Origin: Octopus sinensis
Taxonomy: Eukaryota
Assembly (NCBI RefSeq): GCF_006345805.1
Contig: NC_043002.1
Coordinates: 103,292,001 to 103,356,000 of the forward strand
DNA: 64,000 bases
Reading direction: 5' to 3'
Part shown: positions 1-11,374 of the stretch, in pieces
How positions within the stretch are numbered: the stretch's first letter is position 1
Layout of the letters: each line of letters starts with the position of its first letter
Notes under the pieces: model-generated
Told to the model about the DNA's origin: nothing
The model's database searches: none
What the model saw: the letters and a program-made list of their open reading frames with translations, nothing else
Program-made: the position numbers and the translations under genes

Positions 1-240
1 GTAAACTGAAGGTAGTCCGTCGCATATATATAGGTGTGTGTGTGTGCTTGTGTGTCTGTGTTTGTCTCCCCAACATCACTTGACACCCGATGCTGGAGTA
101 TTCACATCCCCGTAAAATAGCGGTTCGGCAAAAGGGTCGTTAGAATAAGTACTAGGCTTACAAAGAATAAGTCCTGGGTTTGATTTGCTTGTCTAAAGGC
201 GGTGCTCCAGCATGACCGTTGTCAAATTACTGAAACAAGT
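1..240 (+). mobile_element. tRNA-derived SINE family B (internal TA/GT microsatellite), 3' part
   Basis: Matches copies at 15985, 16763, 21914, 60971 (...aactgaaagaagcccgtcg-(TA/GT)n-...ggcggtgctccagcatg...ctgaaacaagtaaa). Confidence 0.85.
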
Positions 241-326
241 AAAGAAAAAGAATATGATCTATGGGAGATATTTGTGTTATTTGTTGTTGTCGTTTGCGTG
301 TAAGAGATGTTTCTCATTCTGTTTAG

Positions 327-460
327 GTGAAGGCACTCTTGTAAGTCTTGAAATTGATACGGGGAAGGTGGCTTTGAACCTCACCCAAATTGTTCAGGTT
401 TCATATTTTGAAGATGGAAACCTATTTGGCAGTGGAACAGTGCCAAAAACAGATGGATGA
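327..460 (+). CDS. candidate terminal exon, product unknown (GEGTLVSLEIDTGKVALNLTQIVQVSYFEDGNLFGSGTVPKTDG*)
   Basis: Pyrimidine tract plus ttag acceptor at 326, then an open complex frame to TGA at 460; no homology recognised. Confidence 0.25.
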
Positions 461-685
461 TCAGGCTCTACTCCCTTCCAGTGATTCTACAAACACACAC
501 ACACACTTAGTATGTATGTATAATGCATGTATATATACATATAAATATATGTGTGTGCGTAAAGGGATGTCTCTACACAGGTGTATGTAAGCATGTACAG
601 ACAGGTAGATATATACATACATAGATAGATAGGTAGCTAGGTAGCTAGGTAGCTTGTTAGATAGATAGACAGATAAATAGATTAC

Positions 686-2940
686 TTTCTTTATTGGCCA
701 CACAGGGCTGAACACAGAGGGGATAAATACAAAAGTAGAACTGTTCGAAAATGAAAAAGGAAATGAGAAAAAAAGACGAAAACAGTAAAATTCCGATCAA
801 AAGGACTAGGGGGGGAAAAAGGCGATCAATAGGGATCGTGTATCACAGAAAAAAAATTTTAATCTAAGAAGCAAGATTAGGCTTATCCGTGGAAAGAAAA
901 GCTTACGGAAAAGACCACGGTAACCTCAGGCAGGAAGGGAATAAACACATAAGAGCAAAGTGCTCTCTCTCTCTCTCTCTCTCTCTCTCGCTTTTTACGA
1001 TTTACAGATCATGCTCAAAGTGGTTTCTTTGCTCGTACGCACCATCTTTGCTATATCCCCCCCCACCTTTTTTTGAAACTCTCAAGAAACAAATTCTCCC
1101 GCTCCCTTCTCACCTTTCTTTTCAAGTGGTACTTGAAAATGTTGAGCGATTGGCCAGAGAGGTAAGTGTTTGTCTCTAAACCTTTCGCTCGAGTCCACCA
1201 CACACATTTTTTCACCATGACCACCAGTACGATGAAGACTGCCATGCCTTCCCGGTTGAGGGAAGGTGGCGGAGCAATTGCCACGATAGGCTCGACGACA
1301 GGCGGACTCATTCCACACCAGCCGATCCCCATAAGCCCACAGGTCCGAAATGGTTAGACACTGCACGCGTGCATGCAGAACGGTTTCGTCGCTTTGACCG
1401 CATCTCGGGCAAGTCGGTCCGGTGTGTCTCGAACCGTGCCTGTAGAGCTTATGCTGAACAGGCAAAGCTTCTCGATAGCACTGCCAGGCCAGTGATGTTT
1501 GGTGATTGTCCATAGGTCGCGGCCCGACAGTTCTCCTGAACAGGCGGGTCAGGTCGACGCCCAAATTCTGTCCGAGAACGTCTTCTCACTTCTCCTCTAT
1601 CAATTTTCTATGCGTTGTTGAAAAGCCTCACACATCCTTTCAGGCCCGAGTAATTCGCGCCCCCGTTCATCTGTAAGTGACCTTATGGTGGCTTTATTAC
1701 CTTGTTGTGCCTCCGCCACTCGGGCCTCGCGGACGGCTCCAACTCCTTCGTTCCTCAGAGCAGGCATCCTAGCTCTGACAACGCATCCTTCGTGTTCGGC
1801 GTTGAAGTGTTGGTCGAGGTCCAACCTCGCCGCCAGTACGTTGGACGCGATGACAGTTCTAAGTGCCTCTACTAATTTCTTAACTAGGTCTCCCTCTGTT
1901 CTATTTCGGTCTAATGCTAGGGGTTTATTGTACCTAACCGATACTGCTTTAATTGCTTTTGATTGATCTTCTGTTGTTGATGATGGTATCCGTCAATGCT
2001 CTCTTAACTAATGTGCTAATCCGGTCCCAAGCCTGGCGTGTCGTGAACGACGCGTTCAGCTTCCAGTATACGAGACCCTACCTATTTCTTTACTACCCAC
2101 AAGGGGCTAAACACAGAGGGGACAAAAAAGGACAGACAAACGGATCAAGTCAATTACACTGACCCCAGTGCGTAACTGGTACTTAATTTATCGACCCCGA
2201 AAGGGTGAAAGGCAAAGTCGACCTCGGCAGAATTTGAACTCAGAAGGTAACGGCAGACGAAATACGGCTGCGCATTTCGCCGGGCGTGCTAACAGTTCTG
2301 CCAGCTCTTATCTACGTCAAGTGTACAAGTCACAGATTTGTGGTCTGTGTTGCTGATTATATGGGATTGAGGAAACCTACACTAACCTTATCCTCTGTCC
2401 TGCAGAATACTCTAAGTACGATCTGGACGACCCGATGCGGTTGCTCCGTGTCCACATTGGCACATTCGGGTGGTCCAGTCGATACCTGTCAGACAGTTGG
2501 AAATGTCTGAGCAGGTCTTTAAGGCATTTGCATCTCCTCTTATTACTATCTCTGGCCACGTAATCTAGATGCGCGTCCAGAGGAGCGTCCAATCCTCCAC
2601 TAAATGTAAAGGTCGAGACGTTCGCAGGAAAACCTCTGGACGTCGAAAGAATTCTGGCCGGCCTTTTAAGGACGGTGCATAAACTGTTATCAGTCGAAAA
2701 GCACACCCATTGCTGCCGTCGACATCAAAGACAACCAGCCTACACTCCGGTTCCAGGAAACTTGCTGTTACTTTGAGGTCCAGTCTCTTCCGAAGAAGCA
2801 CCGCTGTGCCACTTCCGCCCATTCTCTTCAGACACAGAAAAATAAATATCGAAATGTATGCCGAATATGTGCTGGAGTGCCCGCGAGCTGTGGCGTCTAG
2901 TCTCACTGATAGCTATGATATGCAAATTTTTATGATTTGG
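686..2940 (-). mobile_element. Tx1/L1-clade LINE, internally deleted (APE endonuclease + linker + zf-RVT + 3' UTR; RT domain missing)
   Basis: Minus-strand peptides: GTAVLL and LITVYAP (APE), DHKSV, YWKLNAS (post-endonuclease motif), CPRCGQSDETVLHARVQC (zf-RVT CCHC). AATAAA-containing tail at 686-727 abuts (GATA)n. Confidence 0.85.
2079..2306 (-). mobile_element. tRNA-derived SINE family A monomer inserted in the Tx1 endonuclease region
   Basis: A-box-like TGGCAGAACTGTTAG, B-box GAGTTCAAATTC, central GCCTTTCA.CCTTTCGGGGTCGATAAATTAAGTACCAG (resembles the Meta domain from memory, unverified). It splits the Tx1 frame between DHKSV and YWKLN. Confidence 0.9.
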
Positions 2941-4455
2941 TGTCGTTTACTAGGCAGCCTTGTTTCCAAGGCGATACCAAGCCACGTATATTTATACTAT
3001 CTATTTTGATCATCTTCCCATGTTTTACACACGAAAGGAAGATAGAGAGAGAGAGTCACTTACTCCGAAAGTTCTTAGTTCTTCACCTCACAGTCTTCCA
3101 GAAGGTTTTTATATAGTTTTTTGAACAGGTATTTTTGAAATCTCCCAAATACAGCAGGGTAGAGGGATTTTAGGGTGCTGTGTGTGTTCTGAGTTATGTA
3201 TATGATTTTAATGTGTTGTGGTGTTGTGCGTGGGTGATTCTTTGTTTTGGTATCATTTTCTGTTATGTTGGTGTTTGATGTAATGTATTCCATTAGGTCT
3301 GGGCTGTTGATGTTTATGGCTGTCAACATTGTTGGGGTGCTTGGTGTTAGTTTATAGTTTGTATTGTTAAAGCCTATTAATCAGAAAATAAGGTAAAGGT
3401 TAGCTGTAAAAAATTTAGTTATGAATAGACAACCGTAGATTTTAATTAATAATAGGTGCAAGATATACTGTAAACAGAATACCAAATAAATATGGAGTTT
3501 ATAATAATATACAGTTATTAAATTAATAAGCCAAGCAATATGAATCAGAGAGGGTAAAATACAAATACTTATATAAATAAATGAATAGACATGGTAAGTG
3601 ATAAATATAATATAATGGGGGAATCATATAGGGTTAAAGAGAGTAAAGTGAGAGAAAAAGGGGTTAATACGCTAATAAACAATTTGAAATTTAAGCATGC
3701 ATGTATGTATGTATAAAGAATAAGAAAAATAAATTAAATTACTAATAAATACTATATACTAGTATTAAAATTAAAACCAAAATATGGACATTTATACAGG
3801 AGAGATATTGCTTTTATCTCCAAACAGATTAAAATATAAATGCAGATAGAGATGAGTCTATGTAGATGTATATAAAATATCTAAAATCTTTAAATTAAAT
3901 TTTGTCCAATAGTTCATTATCGTTATTAGTCTAGCTCAATAAGAATTTTTTTAAGTGGTGAAAGGTAATCATTTATAATTCTTTATTCATTTATTTATTA
4001 TTCTCTTTCTATCTATTTTCACTTTTTACTCTATCTATTTTGATTTATTTATTTTACTTTATTCATGTTTTAATTTATAATTTTTATGCCCCCTGACATT
4101 AAGTTAATATTCTTATTGGTTTCTTAACCCTTTCTATATTTATAATAAGTAATAGATTGCCTGAATGTCCCCCGCCTTAATTAAATATTAATACCTATAC
4201 ACACTGGAATTAGACTCTACATACTAATTTTCTATTGATTTAATAAGGATAGACATAATAGCACAATATCACATTTTTACCAATTATATCTACTTGAGCT
4301 TTCTTATATTTAACATTCCAGATGAATATATTGTTAAATTTTTATTTTACAACTCCAGTATACACAACCTTACTCCCCCTACTAAGGTCTATACCATGTT
4401 TTATACCATTTTCTTTATGTATAAATTATCTCAGTTAACGCTTTACAGCCGTTTA

Positions 4456-4826
4456 AGGCGGTGGTACTGGCAGAAACGTTAGCACGCCGGGCGAAATGCG
4501 TCTGCCGTAACGTTCTGAATTCAAATTCCGCCGAGGTCGATTTTACCTTACATCCTTTCGGGGTCGATAAATTAAATACCAGTTATGCACTGGGTCGATA
4601 TAATCGAATTAATCCGTTTTTTTGCCCTTGTTTGTCCGCTCTGTGTTTAGCCTCTTGTGGGTAGTAAAGAAACAGGTATTTTGTCTGCCGTTTTGTTCTG
4701 AGTTCAAATCCCGCCGAGGTCGACTTTGCCTATCATCCTTTCGGGGTCCGTTTGTCTGTCCTTGTTTGTCCTCTCTGTGTTTAGCATCTTGTGGGTAGTA
4801 AAGAAATAGGTATTTTGTCTGCCGTT
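4456..4826 (+). mobile_element. SINE family A multimer (full unit + headless deleted unit + start of a third)
   Basis: Tail AAAGAAA(C/T)AGGT joined to ATTTTGTCTGCCG at 4677/4678 and 4811/4812. Confidence 0.9.
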
Positions 4827-4897
4827 TACTCAACATGCAGGAATTGTACACCTATTTTGTTTATTTTTACGTACATCTGAAGAGATTCGACTGTCAT

Positions 4898-4900
4898 ATG

Positions 4901-4988
<88 letters not shown>

Positions 4989-4997
4989 TATAGATAG

Positions 4998-5032
<35 letters not shown>

Positions 5033-5040
5033 AATAGACA
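4898..5040. repeat. (GATA)n microsatellite
   Basis: Direct reading; a similar tract lies at about 21405-21515. Confidence 0.95.
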
Positions 5041-5620
5041 GAAATGAATGTATATTCACCTGGGTTTGTTTCGATATAATAAGAACCAGTCGAACAGTGG
5101 AGTCGATGTAATTGACAGAAACTCCTCTCGCAATTGCTGGCCTTGTGCAAAATACTTGAAAGCAAGAATGAGAATAGTTGAATAGTTGTATTTGTTAAGT
5201 GAATGCATTGACGTATGCAATCATGTAGATACCTTTAGTCATATAGTAACTCTTAGTTACTTTTAGTTACTTAATCTTTCTTAGTCTTTCTTCCTTCCTC
5301 AAGTACTTTGTCGTAGAAAATTCAAGTACTAGCCTCTGGTTGTGCCGGGGATCAGGTAAAAATCATATTTGCAATCTATCGAAGCTAAAACTGCGAAGGA
5401 GTGAATCTATCTCCTAAACGTAACAGTCCTGTCTCTACGTATGTGTTTGCTCATAGCCATAAAGCAGCTGTGAATCTAGAAATCGTTTTATAGCCAAGCT
5501 TTCTCTAATTACATATAAAACTTTTGTTCATAAAATATTTAACCTCCTTACACAGTCATATTATTTGTAGATCCATTCATAATTTACAGTTTTACATTAA
5601 AATATTTTTTCGATTAGTAG

Positions 5621-6618
5621 ATTCAAGATGGACAATGTGGAAAAGACTGCGATATTTGATTGCAATGTCAGATCCGGTGAGTGAGTCTTCAATTTTCAAG
5701 TTTCAATTTTCTCGAAACGATAACAAGATTCCCTTCAAATTGCACACTATTATCTAAAAAAAGAAATGGAAAATGCATTAGACAATGTGTTTCCTGATAT
5801 AGAAAATTACCGGATGACGACGTTTAGAAATTCTTTGAAAATAGGACTGCACGATCAGATGTGAGCCGAGGCTACACAAAAACAACAACAAAAAAATAAG
5901 CGCTTCCTTAATTATTTTTGGATTTCCCATTGATTCAATCAAAGCAGAAGAATATCCAATATTAAAATGAATTTCAGGTGAATGAAAGCCTATCTTATAA
6001 TACAGAAGTTATTTTGAAATGCCTGAAAGCGTGCGTCCGTGTATGCGTGGATAACATGTTGTTGTGTATAATATCTATGCGTGGATAACATGTTGTTGTG
6101 TATAATATCTATGCGAGTGTTTATCGCGGTCTTGTTTGTCATGAGTCGTTTCTTAGAACACATTTTGATTTTTGATGCCGTTTAACCCTAGAGCTGCCCT
6201 GAATGAGATGATCTACGTTGATAGTCGTTTCAGTCATGTTGGCTCCATTTTTTTCCTTTCCTCAGAAATCATCCGGGATCATATCGTTGAAAAATGGGCT
6301 TTTTGTAAGGAACGGAGGAGGGAAGTGATTAAAGGTAGCTGATATTTCTATCACATTGACTGTCCGTATAGAAGATCCAATCTTGGAGAATGCATGCTTG
6401 TGTTGGGTTTTGTACGAATGTTTATGAGTGTTTGTATGCGTCCTTGTTTTTGTGAGAATACATTCTTTTGCTTGTATCTTCGTACAAGTATCTAATAAAG
6501 AGCCATAACAGCTATGTGAGAGAAACAGCATATGAGGTTATTTGTATTCCTTTGAAAGATTTCAATCTATGGAAGTTCGCCAAAAGCTCAGATTGTGTAG
6601 ATTCGTGCACAGAAAACG
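5621..6618 (+). CDS. three candidate in-phase exons of an unknown gene (5621-5676, 6266-6334, 6559-6618)
   Basis: AG acceptors; GTGAGT, GTAGCT (or GTAAGG) and weak GTTACT donors. Phase-1 joins give MDNVEKTAIFDCNVRS-EIIRDHIVEKWAFCKERRREVIK-DFNLWKFAKSSDCVDSCTEN; no homology recognised. Confidence 0.35.
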
Positions 6619-7555
6619 GTTACTGACGTTCGCATTAGTAGAGATGCCGTTCTTGTTTCCGTTGATGTTGTTCTATATGATGAGTGTAATTATATTTGCT
6701 GTCGTTGTTGTTGTTGTTGTTGTTGTGATGTTAGTGACGATATTAGGGGAGGAGTAAAGCAGTCAGAAAAAAAGATAAACAAAGAAGAAGAGGCAGTTGA
6801 ATGTGAAGTAGAGCCTAGATAACTATTTACCAGATTTCATCATGTGAGAGGCAAACATAAAATACCAGAATACAGAAATAGGTAGAAAGAGCGGAAATAG
6901 CAAAGGATATTTTGCATTCCAGACAGAAAACTCTCTCAACTTCACTCAGGAAGCAATTAGGCGACACGAAGAAGACGAGAAAAATAGAATAGAAATAAAT
7001 CTGAAAAAAAAAAAAGAAAAGAAAAGAAAAAGCTGCAACGAAAAGAAACAAGAAGAAACCGAAACAAATGGCGTGAATAGAATAGACGAAATAGAATTTG
7101 GGCCAAAACAACGGAATATATTTATAGCTGCTATAGAAACGGTATGGGAATGCAGGTGAAAACGAAGATTCGGCTCAAAGTCAAAGAGGTTAGGCAGTGG
7201 AGTAAAGAATTCTTTAGATTTAAAAATGGATCATGAACAAAACGACAAGAAGAAAAAGAAAGAAACGACGAAGGAAAAAATACAAAAAAATTTAGCAGAA
7301 CTTCAACAGTATTGACCTAATCACCTCAATGAGAAGCTCTGTGCTAAATCTCTGCCTAATATATAACAAAAAGAAAGAAAAAAAGTATATTTATAAAGAA
7401 ACAGTTATAAACATTATACACACACAAACACACATCTATATATGCGTATATGTGTATGTATATATATATAAATCTATATGTAGCTATATACATGTATATA
7501 TGTAGTTAGATATATATATATATATATATATATAGGTGTGTGTGTGTGTGTGTGT

Positions 7556-7648
<93 letters not shown>

Positions 7649-7704
7649 GACTGACTGACTGATGGCAATCCCGCAAGGTCGAGGATGATGGTCTTCGCAC
7701 AAAT

Positions 7705-9087
7705 TTACTGGTGAGTCCGTAGGTGACCGATAAGATCAATTCTTGCTTGAAACGATCGGCCGCAGTGCTGACATCTAGTGCCGCCGGAAGGGGGAGTCGC
7801 ACGTGGTTGTTGTTGGTGTTCCTTCCGTCGTCGTCTTTTCTCCTCCAGCTCTGCAGACCTTTTCGACTCGAAAGTCGCCGTTCCCTCATGGATGGTAGTT
7901 TTCCACAGTGGTCTGTTTTTTGCCGTTTCCTCCCAGTTAGTGAAGTCGATGTCAGACTTTTTGAGGTTCTTTTTCAGGGAGTCCTTGTAGCGTTTCTTCT
8001 GACCTCCTTTTATACGCTTGCAGTCTTTGAGTTGGGAGTAGAAGATCTGTTTGGGAAGTCGTTCGTCAGTCATTCTAACCACGTGGCCACTCCATCTTAG
8101 TTGGCTTTTGAGGACATAGGCTTCGTTGCTGGTCATTTTTGCTTCTTGTAGCACGCTGACGTTTGTTCTTTTGTCTTCCCAGCTGATGTGAAGGATCTTC
8201 CGAAGACAGCGTTGGTGAACTTTCTCGAGCGTTTTCAGGTGGTGACTATACGGGGTCCAGGTTTCGGATGCGTAAAGGAGGGTTGGAATAATGAGTGCCC
8301 TGTACACCATGAGTTTGGTTTCGGTTCGGATGTCCCGATCAGCAAAAACTCTTGTTCGAAGCTTGCCGAAAGCTGTTCCTGCACACCTCAGACGGTGTTG
8401 GATTTCATCGCTGAGGTGTTTCTTTGCTGAGATATGGCTCCCAAGGTAGCAGAAATGGTTCACATTTTCCAGTGGAATTCCTTCGAGTTGAATCGATGGC
8501 GGGTTTTCAACACGGACATTGGGAAGAGGTTGGTAGAGTAAGTGAGTCTTATTGATGTTGATGCTCAGTCCAAGTTTAGTATATGCATGATGAAAAGCAT
8601 TTAGGATCTGTTGGAGGTGATCCTCTCTGTAAGCTGTTACACTGTTGTCGTCGGCATATTGGAACTCTAGCAAGCTTCGCGCCATTGTCTTTAACGTACT
8701 TTTGAGGTGAGCGAGGTTGAAAAGCTTGCCGTCCATTCTGTACAAGATCTCGATGCCAGGTGGAAGGTCACCTCGTATGATGTGCAAAACTGTCGCGATA
8801 AAGATGGTAAAGAGAGTTGGCGCTATCACGCAGCCTTGCTTCACTCCGGAGGTGACTTTAAAGGGCTCAGAACTGCCTCCGTCGGTCTGGACCCTGGCGT
8901 GCATATTGTCGTGGAGGAGTTTGAGGATCCGGATGAACTTATCTGGGCATCTATACTGGGCGAGAATATCCCAGAGGAGCTCTCGCGAGTCACGTTCAAA
9001 GGCTTTGGATAGGTTGATAAAGGCCAAATAGAGCGGTTGGTGTTGCTCACGACATTTTTCTTGTAGCTGTCGCAGCGTGAAGATCAT
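7705..9087 (-). pseudogene. RTE reverse transcriptase C-terminal 460-aa open frame
   Basis: ORF track. FINLSKAFE replaces the usual F(I/V)D..KAFD (conserved Asp lost) and the upstream region is frameshifted, so the copy is probably inactive. Confidence 0.85.
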
Positions 9088-9996
9088 GTCGGTTGTGCTT
9101 CGTGATGGCCTAAACCCGGTCTGCGTCTCAGGAAGGATCCTGTCTGACAGCTTTTTGAGGCGGTTGAATTTTCCCAGCAGTTGCTAATAAGGAAATACCT
9201 CGCTAATTTCCACACTCAGAACGATCGTGCTTTCGTTTGTAGATGGTAATGATGTTAGCATCCCTGAAGTCGGATGGTACAACTTCATTTGTCCAGATTT
9301 TGACCAAGAGTTGGTGGGGCTGGTGTTGGACAAAATCACCTACCAGTTTGTAGATCTCAGCTGGGATTCCGTCAGGACCCGCGGCTTTGTTGTTCTTCAA
9401 CGCTGTGAAATTAATTTTGACCTCTTCGTGGGATGGAATTCGAGCGAGAGAGTAATCTTTGGCCTCTTTAGGAATCATGATGGTTTCTTTCAGCTGGATC
9501 CAATTTTCTTCGACGAGATGATTTGGAATCCAATTTTGAAGATTGACCTGTAGGCGCTGCTGGAAAGCGACACGAGTTTTTGGGTCTTGCAGTGCTTCGA
9601 TGTTGAATTTCTTTACTCTGCTTTCCTTGCTGTGATATTTCACTTTTGGTCGGAGTTTAATTTTTATGGTGGAGGCGATGAGGCGATGATCTGTCCAGCA
9701 CTCATCTGCTCCAGTGGCGGCTCTGGTGAGCAACACATCTTGCTGGTCTCAGGATCTCACAATCATATAGTCGATGAGATGCCATTTTTTAGATCTCGGA
9801 TGCTGCCATGAGACCTTATATCGATTCCTCTGGCGAAAAAGGGTGTTGGTTATCACCAGGTTATGTTCAGCACATTTGGTGAGTAGCAGAGTTCCATTGC
9901 ATTGACTTTTGCCACTCCTTCCTTCCGATTTTCCTGTCCAGAGTTCACGATCTTTCCCAACTCTGGTCTGTTCCACCGTTGAGGACTTGATGACTG

Positions 9997-10086
9997 TCAG
10001 AGCCCCGTTTTCGCTAGCACAACAGGCTTGTTGTGCTCGCGTTGCCCAGTCTGCACCCCGTGGAGGAGGGGTTGAACTGTTGCAGA

Positions 10087-10088
<2 letters not shown>
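9997..10088 (-). ncRNA. HDV-like self-cleaving ribozyme motif at the RTE 5' end
   Basis: P1 GGTCTGCA/TGCAGACT (G1-U wobble), P3 CCCC/GGGG, L3 TCCTCCAC, GG for P1.1, GGGCAAC, P4 AGCACAAC/GTTGTGCT, J4/2 GCGAA with putative catalytic C10013. P2 is imperfect (AGTTC/GGGCT). Confidence 0.75.
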
Positions 10089-10157
<69 letters not shown>

Positions 10158-10251
10158 ATTCGACTCACTAGAAAGAGCAGCCAAAAACTCATACCGCTAA
10201 ATAGTTGTAATTCTGAAATAGAAAGAGAAAAAAAAACGTTTACCACTTTCA

Positions 10252-10347
10252 TCTCTGGACTATGCATAGTTTCGGCAAAACTTTCGCAAATGAATTAATT
10301 AGATTAAATTGAATTCATTTACATCTGGCGTGCCTCGTCAGCAGAGA
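10252..10347 (-). ncRNA. type I hammerhead ribozyme motif
   Basis: Near-exact reverse complement of the 10737-10832 motif (differs only in the stem II loop); predicted cleavage 3' of C at 10258. Confidence 0.88.
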
Positions 10348-10736
10348 GCCTAGGACGAGTATATGTCCACAAGGCTATGGTAAAAACTCCTTCTATTTCA
10401 GAATTACAACTATTTAGCGGTATGAGTTTTGGCTGCTCTTTCTAGTGAGTTGAATGTCCTATATGGCCATTCCTTATATTGTTGAATGTATATTATATAG
10501 TCTTTGACAATTTTTTATTTCTCACTAGACCGCTGGTAGCGGAAGATTTTTTCTAGAATTTTTTGCTACCCTTATATTTATTAATTAATGATTTTTTGGC
10601 TAGTTTTGAAATTAAATCAGCGGCTTATATTTGCTGCTGAGTAGACCGCGCGATTGCGGTAAGATTTGAAAATTTAGAGCATATGTGACAGGAGGCTTCT
10701 TTACCATAGCCTCGTGGACATATACTCGTCCTAGGC

Positions 10737-10832
10737 TCTCTGCTGACGAGGCACGCCAGATGTAAATGAATTCAATTTAATTTAATTAATTCATTTGCGA
10801 AAGTTTTGCCGAAACTATGCATAGTCCAGAGA
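10737..10832 (+). ncRNA. type I hammerhead ribozyme motif
   Basis: Stem I TCTCTG/CAGAGA, core CTGACGA (10743-10749), stem II GGCA/TGCC with an inner 11-bp hairpin, GAAA (10811-10814), palindromic stem III ACTATG/CATAGT, GTC cleavage triplet (C10826). Confidence 0.9.
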
Positions 10833-11374
10833 TGAAAGTGGTAAACGTTTTTATTTCTCTTTCTATTTCAGAATTACAACTATTTAGCGGCATGAGTTTT
10901 GGCTGCACTTCTAGTGAGTCGAATGTCCTATATGGTGATTCCTTATATTGTTGAATGTATATTATGTAGTCTTTGACTATTTTTTCTTTCTCACTAGATC
11001 GCTGGTAGCGGAAGATTTTTTCTAGAATTTTTTGCTACCCTTATATTTATAAATATATATATATATATATATATACATACATATTTCTGTATATATAACA
11101 TCATAAATGGGTGTGGCCTAGCTGCGAGTGTGCTTGGTTCGCGATTCTAAAGATTCGAGTTCGATGAATAAACTGGCCTTTGTGTTGTATCCTTTCAGTT
11201 CTACCTCATTTTAGTTGTTATACTCTGTCTCAGCATATTCTCAAACTTTACATCCTTCAACGGATTTGATTTGCTTTTTTCTGTTATAGAAAATATAACC
11301 TCCTCCATTTTTTTCAAAGGGGAATTCTTTTATGTTCTTTTATGTTATGGATATACTGTAACTGTTCTGCACAG

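Larger units (their letters stand above)
7649..10088 (-). mobile_element. RTE-clade (Bov-B-like) LINE with both termini but internal deletions
   Basis: Endonuclease remnants (NGTLLLTKCAEHNLVITNTLF, WHLIDY, WTDHRL), KAAGPDGIPAE, RT with GVKQGCVIAP and YADD, C-terminal CxxC zinc knuckle, (CAGT)n tail; flanked by (TA)n on both sides. Confidence 0.93.
10158..11050. mobile_element. non-coding Penelope-like/retrozyme-like element with inverted and direct repeats
   Basis: Inverted repeat 10158-10384 vs 10700-10924; direct repeat 10391-10581 vs 10861-11050; (TA)n on both flanks; no ORF of meaning. Confidence 0.8.

Noticed and set aside
3330-4440. Possible mitochondrial insertion (NUMT)
   Set aside because: No mitochondrial protein, rRNA or tRNA motif was recognisable in trial translations.
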